Shown piece by piece: positions 42,017 through 54,650 of a stretch of DNA of 64,000 nt (position 1 is the stretch's first letter; the number at the start of each line of letters is the position of its first letter). The translations under genes and the position numbers were made by a program. The notes beneath the pieces are model-generated. The model was not told the origin of the DNA. It saw only the letters and a program-made list of their open reading frames with translations, and did no database searches. This stretch comes from Lama glama (taxonomy: Eukaryota), in the NCBI GenBank assembly GCA_028534125.1, contig CM052817.1, forward strand, positions 60,452,001-60,516,000. Direction: 5' to 3'.

Positions 42017-43746
42017 AATTTACAGGGAATTTTAAATTGTTTGTTTTTATCTAGTTATATTAGACTTAATTATTCTTTATAGAAAACTTGGGAAATAAGA
42101 AAAAATCCATAATCATACTACTCTGAATAATGTGTGTTAGTATTTTAGTGGGTTTTCCTTATTAAATTTTACAAACCTGTATAGATGTATTTTATGGGCA
42201 TAATTATGCAAATAACCCTCTATTTTTTAATATTTAGTTTTTTTTGTTTTTACTCTTTAAAGTTTTATAATGAATGTAATAAATAGATTTCCAAAAATGA
42301 AATTGCTAACCTAAAGTGTACAGCATTCTCTTTCAGTTTTTAAGTGTTATTCCTAGTCATTTTTTCTTCAAAATATTTTTCCATTCCACCAGCAATTAGA
42401 GAGTGCCTATTTACAAAATGTAATACTTCAGTCCACTTGTCAGTACTAAGGAGTCACATTATTGTAAACCCTTGATGACTGTAGGGAAAAAAAGAATCAA
42501 TCTGCAATCTCCTGTATTATTAATGTCAAATAAGCATTCATGTTTCTTTTTTTTAGTTGTGCATATTTTTCTTTCATTTATATTTTTCAAGCATAGTATT
42601 GTTATCAATTTTTGTGAGATATTTCCATGCTAAGTCTTTTTTCCCCTTTGTCATATTTCTTTGTAATGTTTCTCTAATGCGCGATTTGCTTTTTAATTTA
42701 TTTTGTTTTGACTTACAGAAAGCTGTAATTTTAGTACAGTCAAATCACCTTCCTTATGACTTCGTCTACTAACTTTCATACAAGGAAGGCATTTCCTGGT
42801 AAGAAATCAGACTTAGACTGTCTTGCCACCTCCCCTCCACCTCTTTCATGGGTTTGAATATTTACAGTTATCTTTTCAACCCATCTGAGTCTTGGTTGTT
42901 TTTTTTCCTCTTCTTTTCTGGTATGATATTCTATAAAGAACTAAATGATTATTGTGTCCCAAAACAGGTGAACAGTTTTCTGTGCAGCGAAAAGTCCTCC
43001 CCTTCTCACTGATTTGTGATGCCTTAAATAAGCACATTATTACATTTTAAATATGCTTAAATCCTCATAAGTCATATTAGGGTCAATTAAATAACCTGAC
43101 CTGCCTTCATGAGTATGTTTCTCAATCCAGATCCACATGTATCTATCTCTTGCTTTATAGTTAGTGGACCATCTTCCCAAAATCTAGCTGAGTGACCGTC
43201 TTGACTTTTAAATCTCGCAGATTTTCATTTTCTTATCTTTTTTGGGAGTGTTGCAGTGGGTAATTTGAAAAGGCAGTGTCAGAAACAACCATCTAGATTA
43301 CAGCCTTTGTAAAGAAACCAACCATTCTATCCCTCAAAAGCAGGCTACTCCTGGTTTGTGACAATGACTCTACATCACTATAGAGAAATACACTTATCTT
43401 CTTAATTGCTAAGGAATGGGAGAATAAAAAGAGAACCAAAGGTAGTTTCAAGTCATTAAAATGAATTTGGTTGTTTTACGGCAGTTCAGAAAGGAGTACT
43501 GTTTTGTGTCACTTGGAATTATTATCTGATCTGTGATGATCGTTCTTGCTGAACTTAGTCTTTTGCAATCTTATTAAAATTCAGCTTACATTCGGGTAGC
43601 AAATGATAGGGACTCTGTGGAACTCAGGTTTAGTGCAAAAAGGATTTTTATTCTCAGATTCAGAGACATAAGAATGGTTATTGAAATATGCAAACAAAAT
43701 GTTACTATTTTTGGCTTATTTATCATTTTGATTACATACAATATTT

Positions 43747-45380
43747 TTCTTTCATTTTTTAATTGAAATATAGTTGACATGCAATCTCATAATTAGTTTC
43801 AGGTGTACAACATTGTAATGCAACATTTATATGCGTTACAAATTGATCACCATGATAAATGTAATAACCATCTGTCACCATACAAAGTTACTGTAGTATT
43901 AGTGATTATATTCCCCATGCTTTACATTAAAACCCTATGGCTTATTAATTTTACAACTAGATGTTTGTACCTCTTACTCCCCATCTCTCACTTTATTCAA
44001 CTCCCCATCCTACACCTCCCTCCCATCTAGTGACCACCAGTTTATTCTCTAATTTTGCATCTGTTTCTGTTTTGTTTCTTAGATACCATGTATAAGTGAA
44101 ATCATATGGTATTTTTCTTTCTCTGTCTGATTTATTTCATTTAGCATAATACCCTCTAGGTTCATCCACATTGTTGTAAATGGCAAGATTTCATTTTTTA
44201 TGGTTGGGTAATATTCCATTGTGTGTTTATGTGTATCTTTATCCATCTTTATCCATTCATCTATCCTTGGGTACTTAGGTTGCTTTCATTAGCTATTGTA
44301 AATAGTGGTATGGTGAACGTAGGGGCACATGTATCTCTTGAAATTAGTATTTTTGTTTTCTTTGGAAAAATACCCAGAAGTGGAATTGCTGGATCATATG
44401 GTAGTTCTATTTTAAGTGTTTTGAGGAACCTTCATACTGTTTTCCATAGTGGCTACACCAGTTTATATTCTGACCATCAGCGCATGGAAGTTCCCTTTCT
44501 CCACATCCTCACCAACACTTGCTTGTTTTTTTCTTTTTATCTTTTTGTTAATAGCCACTCTGACAGATGTGAGATGGTATCTCATTGTGGTTTTGATTTA
44601 CATTTCCCTGATGATTAGTGATGTTGAACATCTTTTCATCTGTCTGTTGACCATCTGTATGTCTTTCTTGGGAAAATGACTGTTAAGACCCTCTGCCCAT
44701 TTTTTAATCAGGTTGTCTTGTTTTGTTTTTTGGTATTGGGTTGAGTGAGTTCTTTATATTTTTGGACATTAATCCCTCATCAGATATATCATTTGCAGAT
44801 ATCTTCTCCCATTCAGTAGGTTGCCTTTTCACTTTGTTGATAGTTTCTTTGCTTTGCAAAAGATTTTTAGTTCAGTGTAGTCCCATGTGTTTCTTTTTGC
44901 TTTTGTTGCCCTTGTCTGAGGAGACTGAAAAAATATTGCTAAGACTTGTCAAAGACGGTACTGCCTGTCTTTTCTTCTAGGGGTTTCACGGTTTCTGGTC
45001 TTACATTTAAGTCATTAACTCATTTTGAATTAATTTTTGTATTTGGTATAAAAAAGTGGTCCAGTTTCATTCTTTTGCATGTAGCTGTCCAGTTTTCCCA
45101 ACACCTGTTTTGAAGATATGACTTTTTTCCCACCGTGTATTCTTGATACTTTTTTTGTAGATTAACTGACTGCATAAGTATGGATTTATTTCTGGGTTCT
45201 CGATTCCATTTCATGAATCTATGTCTGTTTTTTTGCCTGTACTGTATACAGTTTTGATTACTATAGCTTTATAGTATATAGTTTGAAATTAGAAAGCATG
45301 ATACCCTTAGCTTTGTTCTTTGTTAATATTGCTTTGGCTATCTGGGGTCTTTGGTGTTTCCATGCAAATTTGATGATTAT
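43747..45380 (-). mobile_element. 5'-truncated L1 (L1MA-like), ~1.6 kb, with TSD
   Basis: ttttaattgaaatatagttgaca..; tacccagaagtggaattgctggatcatatggtagttctatttt. TSD tgattacatacaatattt (43729-43746) / tgaccatatacaatattt (45381-45398), 15 of 18 identical. ORF 45020..45214 (-) retains ORF2-like [22 protein letters not shown]. Confidence 0.92.
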
Positions 45381-46230
45381 TGACCATATACAATATTTAA
45401 TGCAATGCCTCCAATTATTCTTCAGTAAGTACTGCATTAAGATATTTATGCATTAATATTAGCTTTAAACAGTGGCAAAAGAATCTTAATTTTTTATTTT
45501 TATTTGAACTTAAGCTTTCTAATGAAACAAGCTATATGCGGAGCTATTTTAAACTTTAGGCTGAAAACTCTCTTGGGTATATCAAATCTAAAGCATTTGT
45601 CTTAAGCGTCGGAAACCTGGGAGAAGTAAGCTTCATGGTTAACATCTGGTTTTTCAGTCCTACAGTTTCTCTTCCTAGAGATATGCTTACATTTATCCAA
45701 TTATTGGATCTGAGTCCCACACAGGAGTTATATTTAAATTTGAACATGATAATTCCTGGTAGTCTGTTCAGAATTCCACTTTACCTGTTCTCTTATGAAA
45801 CTGTTCAAAGTTCACTGGGGTTTTAGGTATCATTGTCAAATCATAAACTATAAAGATAAGATGTACTGTAGTTGGTATACATAAAGCTTGTTTTAATTTA
45901 CCAAAAAAAAAATCCATTCACAGCAGTTAGAGGGTGGGTGCTCTCTTCTACTTACAAGATTTAGGAAAGCTCTCCATTTAACTGTTTTTAACTTTCTAAT
46001 CTCATCCATCGAACTATGTTGTGAACATTGCTTTCTGAGGAACCACTTTATCAAATGAGTGGGAAGTAATTAACTTAGAAATTGTGCAAGCTACCCATTC
46101 CATAGAGGATTGATTAAAATGTAGTCTGTAACACTGTTGGCTATAAGAGAAAGAGCAATATCATCTCTAGTAATATTCCACAAGCTATCTGTGTCGTTTC
46201 ATGTATTGAGAACAATACCACTATTATTTT

Positions 46231-46250
46231 ACACACACACACACACACAC
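46231..46250. repeat. (AC)10 microsatellite
   Basis: Direct reading. Confidence 0.9.
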
Positions 46251-47144
46251 ATACACCCTGAAATGTTGAGTTTATCATGCACACTGGACCAACAATGGCA
46301 CCCCTCATATCAATTCCATAGACCTGATGGTCCAATAATGAACGTGTCACTCAAGGTATATCAACCAGAATCCTTTAACAAGGTTTTTATAAGGGAAACT
46401 TAAAAGAAATTTCCTCTTGATCCAAGGCTTAAAGAATAAAAAGCTGAGAGACACCTGCAGTCCTGATTGTTGCAGACAACCAGACTGACAGAATAAAGCC
46501 AATACTCAGATTGAAGGTAAGAGGCATAGAGAGATTGCAGATGGTCTCTGAATTCCTGAAGGATCCAGTTCTCCCTAGTTAGAATTGGTTTTTTTATTGT
46601 AGTCTGCAACTAATGGAGTTCCACCTTATCATGTGACACTACTTAATTCATTTGGCAGGAAGTTTGTAATTCAGTCTAGTACGGATAAAGGAGTTCTTTT
46701 TTCTAAATCCGTTTCAGGAATGGCCCTGGAATCTCTACCATCATTACTGATGTTTAGATCTCAATCATTCCATCAATCAATTATAATAACTTTAATTTTA
46801 GGAGAGTTTATTATGCTCTACCTGTGTATCTGTAACTGTTCTATTTCTCACAAAAGCTATATGAGGTAGATAACTTCAATGTGCATATATTTCACATATA
46901 TGAAATAGAGAATTTAATTAACTTCCCTGTAAAAGTAATAGATTTAATATTGAAACTTAAATCTGTTTGATTTCAGAGGTGCTTTCTTCACTCCTCTACC
47001 ATCTTGCTTCTATTCTAGCGTACCTACTGTGTGCCAGTAATGGTCTAAACACTATAGATACAGGGTAAAAGGACATAGTTTCTGCTTCTTAAAGCATATA
47101 GTCTAGTGAGGAATATAGGTAAATCAATAGACAACCTTCAGTGC

Positions 47145-47320
47145 TGTCTTCGTCTGCTCGGATTACCATAACAATACAACATAGACTAGGTGGCTTAAAT
47201 AAAAGGAATTCATTTCTCAGTTCTAGAGGCTTGAAAGTGCAAGAGCAAGGTGCCAGCAGAGTTGGTGTCTGGTCAGCTCTCTCCTCTTTGCTTGCAGATG
47301 ACTGCCTTCTCACCACGTGG
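47145..47320 (-). mobile_element. MaLR LTR fragment (MLT1A/C-like)
   Basis: ccataacaatacaacatagactaggtggcttaaa..cagttctagaggcttgaaagtgcaagagcaaggtgccagcag. Confidence 0.8.
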
Positions 47321-47838
47321 GAAGTGAGATTGAGGGGAGATATTCCTGTCACATGGCATTCAAATCCATTCTTTATACATAAGTAAGGGTCAACAACTTA
47401 CTAAATTATAGCCAGATATCTAAATTGACAGCTGGCACCTTGGCTGCAAATATGTAAAAGCACTGAGCCAAAGCACATCCATTTCTCAGCTGAATTAGAA
47501 CAAGAAGAAAGAAAAATGTGTTGCGTGATCCTGGGAGCCCATGCTCTGTTAGATTGATGGAGAACTGAGTGAATGGTTCTCCCTTTCCTGTGCCTGTTTT
47601 CAGCTGATGAGGAGAAATACAAGTTTTATGACTGAACACCATAAAATTATGATAATGATGGAATCTATTTCCTAAAACCATGTCTCTCCAGATAAATAAT
47701 TTTGAAATCAAGAAGAAAAATTAGCATGTCAGTATCTTTTAATGCAGGGTCATATCCAGACATAATTCAGGATAATTTTAGTCAGTGCTAGGAAGACTCT
47801 AGAATGCCCAGCTCCAGAAAACTATGGTCAGACTAATG

Positions 47839-47980
47839 CAGTGGTTCTTAACCTGAGCAGCTGTTTAAAAAAAATGTGCAGTGCCTGCTTCCCACCCCAA
47901 AACAAATCGATCAGTCTCTGGGGGTGGGACTTGGCATTTTTAAAGCTTCTTAGATTATTCCGCTCTGCAGAGAAGCACTG
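47839..47980. mobile_element. hAT-Charlie MITE (MER5A-like)
   Basis: TIRs cagtggttct / agaagcactg, with internal tcagtctctgggggtgggac..ttttaaagct. Confidence 0.7.
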
Positions 47981-48519
47981 GCCTACGCTGAGAAACCATG
48001 ACCTAATGTAGCAGCCAGTGAAATTCCTTCGTCTGAAATTAGATGGTCCAGCCTGTGTAGAGCAAAGTGTTGTTATTAGCCAGTACGTGGGTGTGGGAAT
48101 TTCACATAAAGACGGGAAAAGCCCGTGGAGGAGTCGTCAGGACCAATCACTCGTCAAGTGGAGTCAAGTATTACGGAGTGGCCACCGGAGATCTAAGCCC
48201 ACAGCTGGGCAGGGGCTTAGGGAAGTGTCGTTTTCTGGGACCAAATGTAGATTATGGACATTCAATGTGGCTTTCTGTTTATAAACTCCACTGAGGAGAT
48301 AAATCTTACTAAGTCCCCCTTGAAAAACTAATTGAAGGACTTAGTCGTAAGCAGCACTCAAGTAGGAAACTCATTGCAATTTAGAATCTGGACTTAAATC
48401 AAGTGTCCCTTCCGGGACTCAAGTCTGTATTTTAAAAAGTCCTGTTCTCTTTGGGCATCTGGTCAGTGATGAAGAGGATCACATCCCAGGCTGCCTCTCA
48501 GCTCCTGCCTTCACATCCT

Positions 48520-48702
48520 GCTCTATATTTTCAAGGAATTTGCCACCTGACATATTTTATTCATTCTATTTGTTTATTGTCTGCTCTCCTGTATTAGAAC
48601 AGAAGTTCCATGAGAGCAATGGAATTTTCTGATTTCATCCATAATGAATTCTCAACAATGCCTGATACAAGGAAGATCATTAATTTTTACTCAATGAATT
48701 AA
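48520..48702 (+). mobile_element. L2 3' end
   Basis: tgtttattgtctg..tagaacagaagttccatgagagca..acaatgcctgataca..aatgaattaat. Confidence 0.65.
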
Positions 48703-49030
48703 TGGAAACAGCTTTCAGGGAAATTTCAAAGGTTATTTCTTACCTAAGGAGCTGTGTATTCGGGTAAGATTTTGAGACAGTATATGGATTCTGGTCCTAA
48801 CTTCAAAACCTACTCTAACATGTGTAATAGCTTGAATATCTTGGATATATTACTTATTAAAAAAGCTTGAGTTCAAATAAAAATGAAGATTATTTTGCCA
48901 CTATTTAAAGGTAATAGTAATGCATAAATATCTTAGTGTAATATTTACTGAAGAATAATTTTTAAAATTCCTTTACATTAAGAAAAAAGAAAACATACCT
49001 CCCCATTTCTAACTACACTGATTGTATACT

Positions 49031-49622
49031 TGTAGTAAGCAGGATCAGGGTCCCTCAAACTCTAATCGTCTGAACTTTGAATATGTTACATTGCATGAGG
49101 AATGTATTAGAGAAAGGAGAATGATATGGAAAAGGGGAACAAGGGTAGCAGATGGAATTAAGTTTGCTAATCAGCTGATCTTACAAAGGGGAGATTTTTC
49201 TGAATTATCCAGGAGGGCCCAGTGCAACCACAGGAACTCTAAAAGGAAAAGAGAGAGGCAGAAGAGAAAGTCAGAGAGCTGTGAGGTGGAGGATCTGCTG
49301 TTGCTGACTTTGAAAAGTATGGAAGTAGACCACGAACTAAGAAATGTGGGTGCTTTCAGAATCTGGGACTGTCTCAGTTAAAAGCCTGCAAGAAAATGGG
49401 GACCTCAGTCCTACAACTGCAAGAAACGTGGTTCTGTCAACAACTCATATGAGCAGGAAATATATTCTCCCCTAAACTCCTAAGGAATACAAAAATACAG
49501 ACATCTTGATTTTAGTCTTTTGAGACACATGCTGACCTAGAGAACTCTAAAGTAAATTCATATTATTTTACACAACTAAAATTAGTGGTAATTCATTATG
49601 CCAGCAGTAGAAAACTAATAGA
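49031..49622 (+). mobile_element. MaLR solo LTR (MLT1D/E-like)
   Basis: TG start; tgaatatgttac; gcagatggaattaagtttgctaatcagctga; ggggacctcagtcctacaactgcaagaaa; ends gcagtagaaaactaata. Confidence 0.85.
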
Positions 49623-50394
49623 ATCTTTTTGTGCAAGTATTCATTTAGCTGTCTCATTTATTAGTTTTTTAACTTAATGTATTTACTATAATCATTTTGT
49701 ATTATTGGAATATATTTTTACTTTGAAAACCTTCCTCATATTCTTATAATAATACTAATATTCTTAAAACCTTGAGTAACATTGATAATGAATAAAAAAA
49801 TCAGAAGTTAAATTTCAAGAATGTTCCAGATACAGTTAAATCTTAATTATGCCATTTATTTACTAACAAGGCATTTTCTAATACCTATCACTTTCTTGGT
49901 GTTTTTGTTGTCTTACTGTTATGGCTTTACTTTATGTTTTCAGTCCTGCAGTTATTACACAACTACAAGATTGGACTTGAGGAAATGAGGAAAGTTGAAA
50001 GGCAACTTGAATCTGTTCATTACTACAACTACTAAGAAGGATTACTAGCAGATTTAAGGGAAAAGAAGTAAACAGTCTTGACAGAAATGAGAATTAGGAT
50101 AATCCATGAATTTCATTTCGTGTCACTTCTTATTTTTCATGTAGTTTTAGAGTTTTAGGAATGGTCAACTACCATTCTCCTGAGTGAGAGACTGGTACCT
50201 TAGCTCTTTCTTCCATATACCAGTAGGAACTAGGAAACTTTGAAGCATCTTCAAAGAATTATATTTCTTTGGGAAGAAGACTGACTGTGCATTCCTGATG
50301 CAAGGTTACAATCTGGAGAAATAACTTAACTTTTCAGAAAGAGACATTGTGCATATGCCACAAAGTCTAGTCTTTGAAATTTTATTTTGTCTGT

Positions 50395-50960
50395 TATTTG
50401 TTGAAAAAGATCACCCTGGCAGCAACATCTGAGAAAATGACAATGAGAGACAACACTCAGGAAGAACAGTTAGCCAACTGCTAACTGTGGGAGATGATCA
50501 GGACCTGAACTATGGTGGCAGAAGCTAAGGGAGATGGGGTGATGGTGGTAGAGAGAATGATAGACAAGGACAAATACATAGAGAAATAAATCAAGGAGAC
50601 TGACTGAGATTGGAGGGAAGTAGATCTAAAGAGAGAAATGCCAATAATGACTCCAAGTTTTCGGTAGTAGATTACTGGAAGAATAATGTTGCTCCTGCTA
50701 GAAAGTGAGAAAACCATAGAATATGTTGGCTTTGAAGAAATTATTTTGACTTTTAAAAAAAGCTATTTTATTTGATGAGATGGAAAATTTTAATGTCTGG
50801 CAGGTAATCATAAATGTGGAGCTGGAGCTCAAAGGCAAAGGCTGAAGTACTTGTACTGACTTGAGAAGGAGTGGTTAAAACTGAGAGTAGGTGAACCCTG
50901 AGGGAGAACTGGTGATGATACAGCACAGGGTGGAGGTCTTGGCCATATGGAATGTGTACT
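50395..50960 (-). mobile_element. L2 fragment
   Basis: aaagatcaccctggcagc; gagatgatcaggacctgaactatggtgg; aataatgactccaagtttt. Confidence 0.6.
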
Positions 50961-51158
50961 TCTAATGAGCATGAGGAGGAAATGGTGATGCAACAAAGGT
51001 AGCAAGAGTTTTATGGACTGATGAAAAACATCACCTTATTCAGGAAATAGTTCAGGATGAAGAATGCAATTAATTCAGTTATATTTTATTTGAGTTTATA
51101 ATGAATACACAAAACAGGTTATAAGCAGCTCATAGTCCACTGAAGAAAACAGAATTTT

Positions 51159-51365
51159 TTTTTTAATTGAAGTAGAATCTGTTTACAATGTTGTATTGAT
51201 TTTTGGTTTATAGCATAGTGATTCAGTTACACATATGCATATATTATTTTTCTTTATAGCCTATTACAAGATATTGAATATAGTTCCCTGTGTTACACAG
51301 TAGGACCCTGATGTTTATTTATGTATTTTATATATAGTAGTTAGTATCTGCAAATCCCAATTTAT
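51159..51365 (-). mobile_element. Short L1 3'-tail insertion (cetartiodactyl type) with TSD
   Basis: tttaattgaagtag..tttacaatgttgt..agcatagtgattcagtta..acaagatattgaatatagttccctgtg..cagtaggacc. TSD cagaatttt at 51150-51158 and 51366-51374, followed by aa (TTTT/AA L1 endonuclease site). Confidence 0.88.
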
Positions 51366-51722
51366 CAGAATTTTAAATAGAAAACGAGAAGTATTTTTAC
51401 AGAATTTGGAAAAGCCTTATTATAAGATCATAGGAACGGAGAAATAACTTTACATTAAGAGGTTAAAGATTGGTTCATAATGACTCGTTGGTGTCTTTAA
51501 AGTGGTTTTTGTGGACAGAAAAGACCATGTAGGAGTTGCTTTCGTTTTAAAATGAATCTACAATTTATTAAAATTACAAATAAAAAGTCTCTCTTATTAA
51601 GACTTTAACCATATAAGTCTGTAGTCATTCAGCCTCTCTTTCTGTATTCATTCTTCCCACCCTCCTTCTGTTTTTGTCATTTTTAGATATCTGAATAATA
51701 TTTGGTCCCATTAAGAAAAAAA

Positions 51723-51828
51723 AAACACTTTCAAATATTATAAACTGCAATTGTAAGTTAAGTATATTTGAAAAGTTATTAAACACTTTCGAATATTATA
51801 AACTGCAATTGTAAGTTAAGTATATTTG
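51723..51828. repeat. Direct duplication, 2 x 48 bp with a 10-bp spacer
   Basis: aaacactttc[a/g]aatattataaactgcaattgtaagttaagtatatttg at 51723-51770 and 51781-51828, one mismatch, spacer aaaagttatt. Confidence 0.92.
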
Positions 51829-52713
51829 TTTACCTTTTTAAAGTACTCTACTTTAGTTAATATGATTAACAAAATATGCTGTATTTGAGTATTCTAATAA
51901 ATTTCTAAGTATATGGCCTTTTAAGTTTATAGTCTCCAATACTATATATAAACTTAGTAAAATTTCTACTTTAAAATAATTTTTAAATTATTCAATTATG
52001 TATTACTCCAGTTCAGCACATTACAAGTACATGGATATTAAACTTTACTAGTACATATACCTAACATTAATAATATAACTAATATGTCTGATTTTATTCT
52101 TTTAAACATTTTTGTTATTTATTTGATATCTCTCTAGATTTGAAAGAATCTTATCCACTAAAGTAATAAGTTAATCTTAAGCAATTTTGGGGATACTTAG
52201 CCAAGACATTAATAGGCTTTTGTTTAGGATTATATTAAGTATACTGAGGTCTAGAAATAATCTTTAACATAATTATAAATTGGAAGAACTAGTGTGGTAT
52301 GGGTCTGTGATCTATTATATTGTCTAAAAATCTCCCACACTTTTACATTAGGACTAGATTGGATTTTAGATACTTTTTGACTGCTAAGATATATAAATAT
52401 TTTTTTTGTTTAACTTTGAAGGCCTTTGAACTTGATGGAACTTCTTTTTTTCATATTCTCTAAATCCACACAACTGTTATATATTAAAACTGACAGCTAA
52501 GTTAATTTTAACTATATCTCATTGAACTTGTATATTCAGAACATACAGAGTCACACTAGATCCAGGGCTCTGGGAGACTTTATGTGTCAGGACATTCCCG
52601 TGAGTAAGGCAACGGTGGTGAATATCATTGGAAACTTAGCACACATTTTGAAGGGCATTGTATACCAAACTGCAGAATTTGGATTTTATCTCATGTGCCA
52701 GGTTTGTGGAGGG

Positions 52714-52743
52714 GTGTGCGTGCGTGCGTGTGTGTGTGTGTGT

Positions 52744-52777
<34 letters not shown>
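52714..52777. repeat. Compound (TGCG)n/(TG)n microsatellite
   Basis: About 64 bp of alternating purine-pyrimidine sequence. Confidence 0.9.
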
Positions 52778-52779
<2 letters not shown>

Positions 52780-52823
52780 AGTTGTTAAAGTATATATTTT
52801 TTATAAAATATATGTTTCAAATA

Positions 52824-53012
52824 CAGTTGAGCCTTGAACAATGAGGCTTTGAACTGTGCTGGTCCACTTATATGCAGATATTTTTCAATAGTAAATTCTC
52901 AGTACTACATGGTCCATAGTTGGTTGAATACGAGGATGTGGAGGAACCGCAGATACGGAGGCCAACTCTAAATTATACTAGGCTTAACCCCGAGTTGTTA
53001 AAAGGTCAACTG
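52824..53012 (+). mobile_element. Tigger2-derived MITE (TcMar-Tigger), 189 bp
   Basis: TIRs cagttgagccttgaacaa / ttgttaaaaggtcaactg, flanked by TA at 52822-52823 and 53013-53014. Internal tttgaactgtgctggtccacttatatgcagat. Confidence 0.85.
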
Positions 53013-53552
53013 TATATGCGTCTAAAATAGTTCCTCACATATGAATTCAATCTCTATGTTACTTTCTGTCTTAGAGAATTCGGTTCAATTATGAAGCTGA
53101 TAGACTGTTAAATAGTGAACTTACTTAATAGTAAGTAATAATAAATTTCCCCAGGAAAATTTCTTTATCTTTGTATAATTCTGTATTCTCTTGGTTTTAA
53201 TAAATCTTGGTTTATGATTCTGTATTCTCTTGGTTCCTTGAGGTGCCTTGATTTACTTCCCCTTTTTTGAGTAGGTATTCTGTATTTTATGGTTTAAATG
53301 GGGAGCAGGATTTTTATTATCTTGTTAACCCTGACTATGAGAAACATAGATTACATACCAGTCAGCACTTCTAGTCATCTCTTAAAGATCTTTCAGAAAA
53401 TCTAATTTTCAAAGATATGCATAGTTATTCAAATGTTATAACATTGTGATTTAAAGGCCTTTGAGTGAGGCTGAATTCCTTTAAGATGTTAGCTGGAACA
53501 AGTTGGCTCACTCTTTTTGTGGTTGCCTGGTCTGAGGAAAATAAAGTTTGAA

Positions 53553-54650
53553 ATTCAGCAGTCAACAAATACTTGGCCGCCTTTTATGTGCTAAACACTA
53601 TTCTGGACACAGAGGACATAGTGTGAAGGAAAAGCCGGGCTGGTCTAACAAGATAACTCACAGGTCTAGGAATGTGAAGGAGAGGCTGGGCTGGGCTAAC
53701 AAGATAACTCACAAATCTAAGTATCGGAATACTGATCTGAGTTCTGCTGGACTAACTTGTAAATCTAGGTTAATTAGTGTTGGTTTGCTGTTCATGTTTT
53801 TTGCTAGCCAGCTGGGTTTTCAAACATACATATCTGGATTTGGAATATTGGTTTGCTGCCTCCCCGCCCCACTTTTGTGATGATAATGCTGCTAAAGCTG
53901 TTCCATGCCTATTGGCCTAATACCCCAAGCTTGTACTTTATCCTGTAAAACCTCGTGCGCACGTCTTGGAGGTGCTCAGAGCTTCGGAGCAGAAGCCCCT
54001 CTGAGCCCGCAGGCGTAATACATCTGAGGACTCCAACCCTCCGCGTAGTGCTTGTTTCTTGACTGGCCTGTTGTTTCCGTAACAATAGCAGTGCACAGAA
54101 TACACACAAATAAACGACATTCTCTCCCCTGGGGGTGGGTGAGGTGGGGTTTACATTCTGGTGTAATTAGCGAGATTATATGTATAATGTGTGATACTTT
54201 GTCAATGATAAGTGCTTTAGGAAAAAAAGAAAGCAGGTAAGGGGAGCAATAAATGAGGAGGGTTGGAGGGGAGGTTTCAGGAGTGGGGAGTCAACACTAT
54301 GATTAGGGTACTAGAGAAGGCCTCAGAGGGAAGATAATGATATTGGAGGAAAACTAGAGTTGGTGAGGGAGATAATCAGAGGAAAATTTCTTACAGGCCA
54401 AGGAAACAGCAAAGGCCAAGTTCAGAGGTGTGCTGGGCCAAGTGCCCTTGAGTAACCAAAGCAAGAAGATTCATATGGCTGCATCTGAAAAGAGCAATAA
54501 GACGTAAAGCAGGAGAGATCGGAGGAAGAGAGAAGTCCTTGCAGGACTTAAAGGCCTTTTAGGGGTTTTGGGTTTTGCTCTGAGTTGGATGGTAAGCTGT
54601 TGGAGTGTTTTGAAAATAGGAATGACATAATCAGATTTACGTTTTTAATG
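53553..54650 (-). mobile_element. L2 3' portion split by the solo LTR
   Basis: caacaaatact..tatgtgctaaacactattctggacacagaggacatag | cagtgcacagaa reads as a continuous L2 antisense tail once the LTR is removed. Later segment ggaatgacataatcagatttacgtttt. Confidence 0.7.
53622..54084 (+). mobile_element. ERV1-type solo LTR, 463 bp, relatively young
   Basis: TG...CA termini, exact 4-bp TSD atag (53618-53621 / 54085-54088), retained CpGs, TATA-like tgtaaaa near 53944, poly(A)-signal-like aataca near 54017. Interrupts an L2. Confidence 0.85.

Noticed and set aside
44223..44980. Hydrophobic + strand ORFs of 76-131 aa
   Set aside because: Antisense translations of L1 sequence, a well-known source of spurious ORFs. 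The same applies to 17373..17579 and 18367..18672.
49022..49381. 119-aa ORF
   Set aside because: Lies almost entirely within a MaLR LTR and has a non-ATG start.
51723..51828. CRISPR-like repeat-spacer-repeat
   Set aside because: Only two copies, 10-bp spacer, mammalian intron, no cas genes.
53178..53235. 19-bp direct repeat attctgtattctcttggtt x2
   Set aside because: Small local slippage duplication in T-rich sequence with no further structure.
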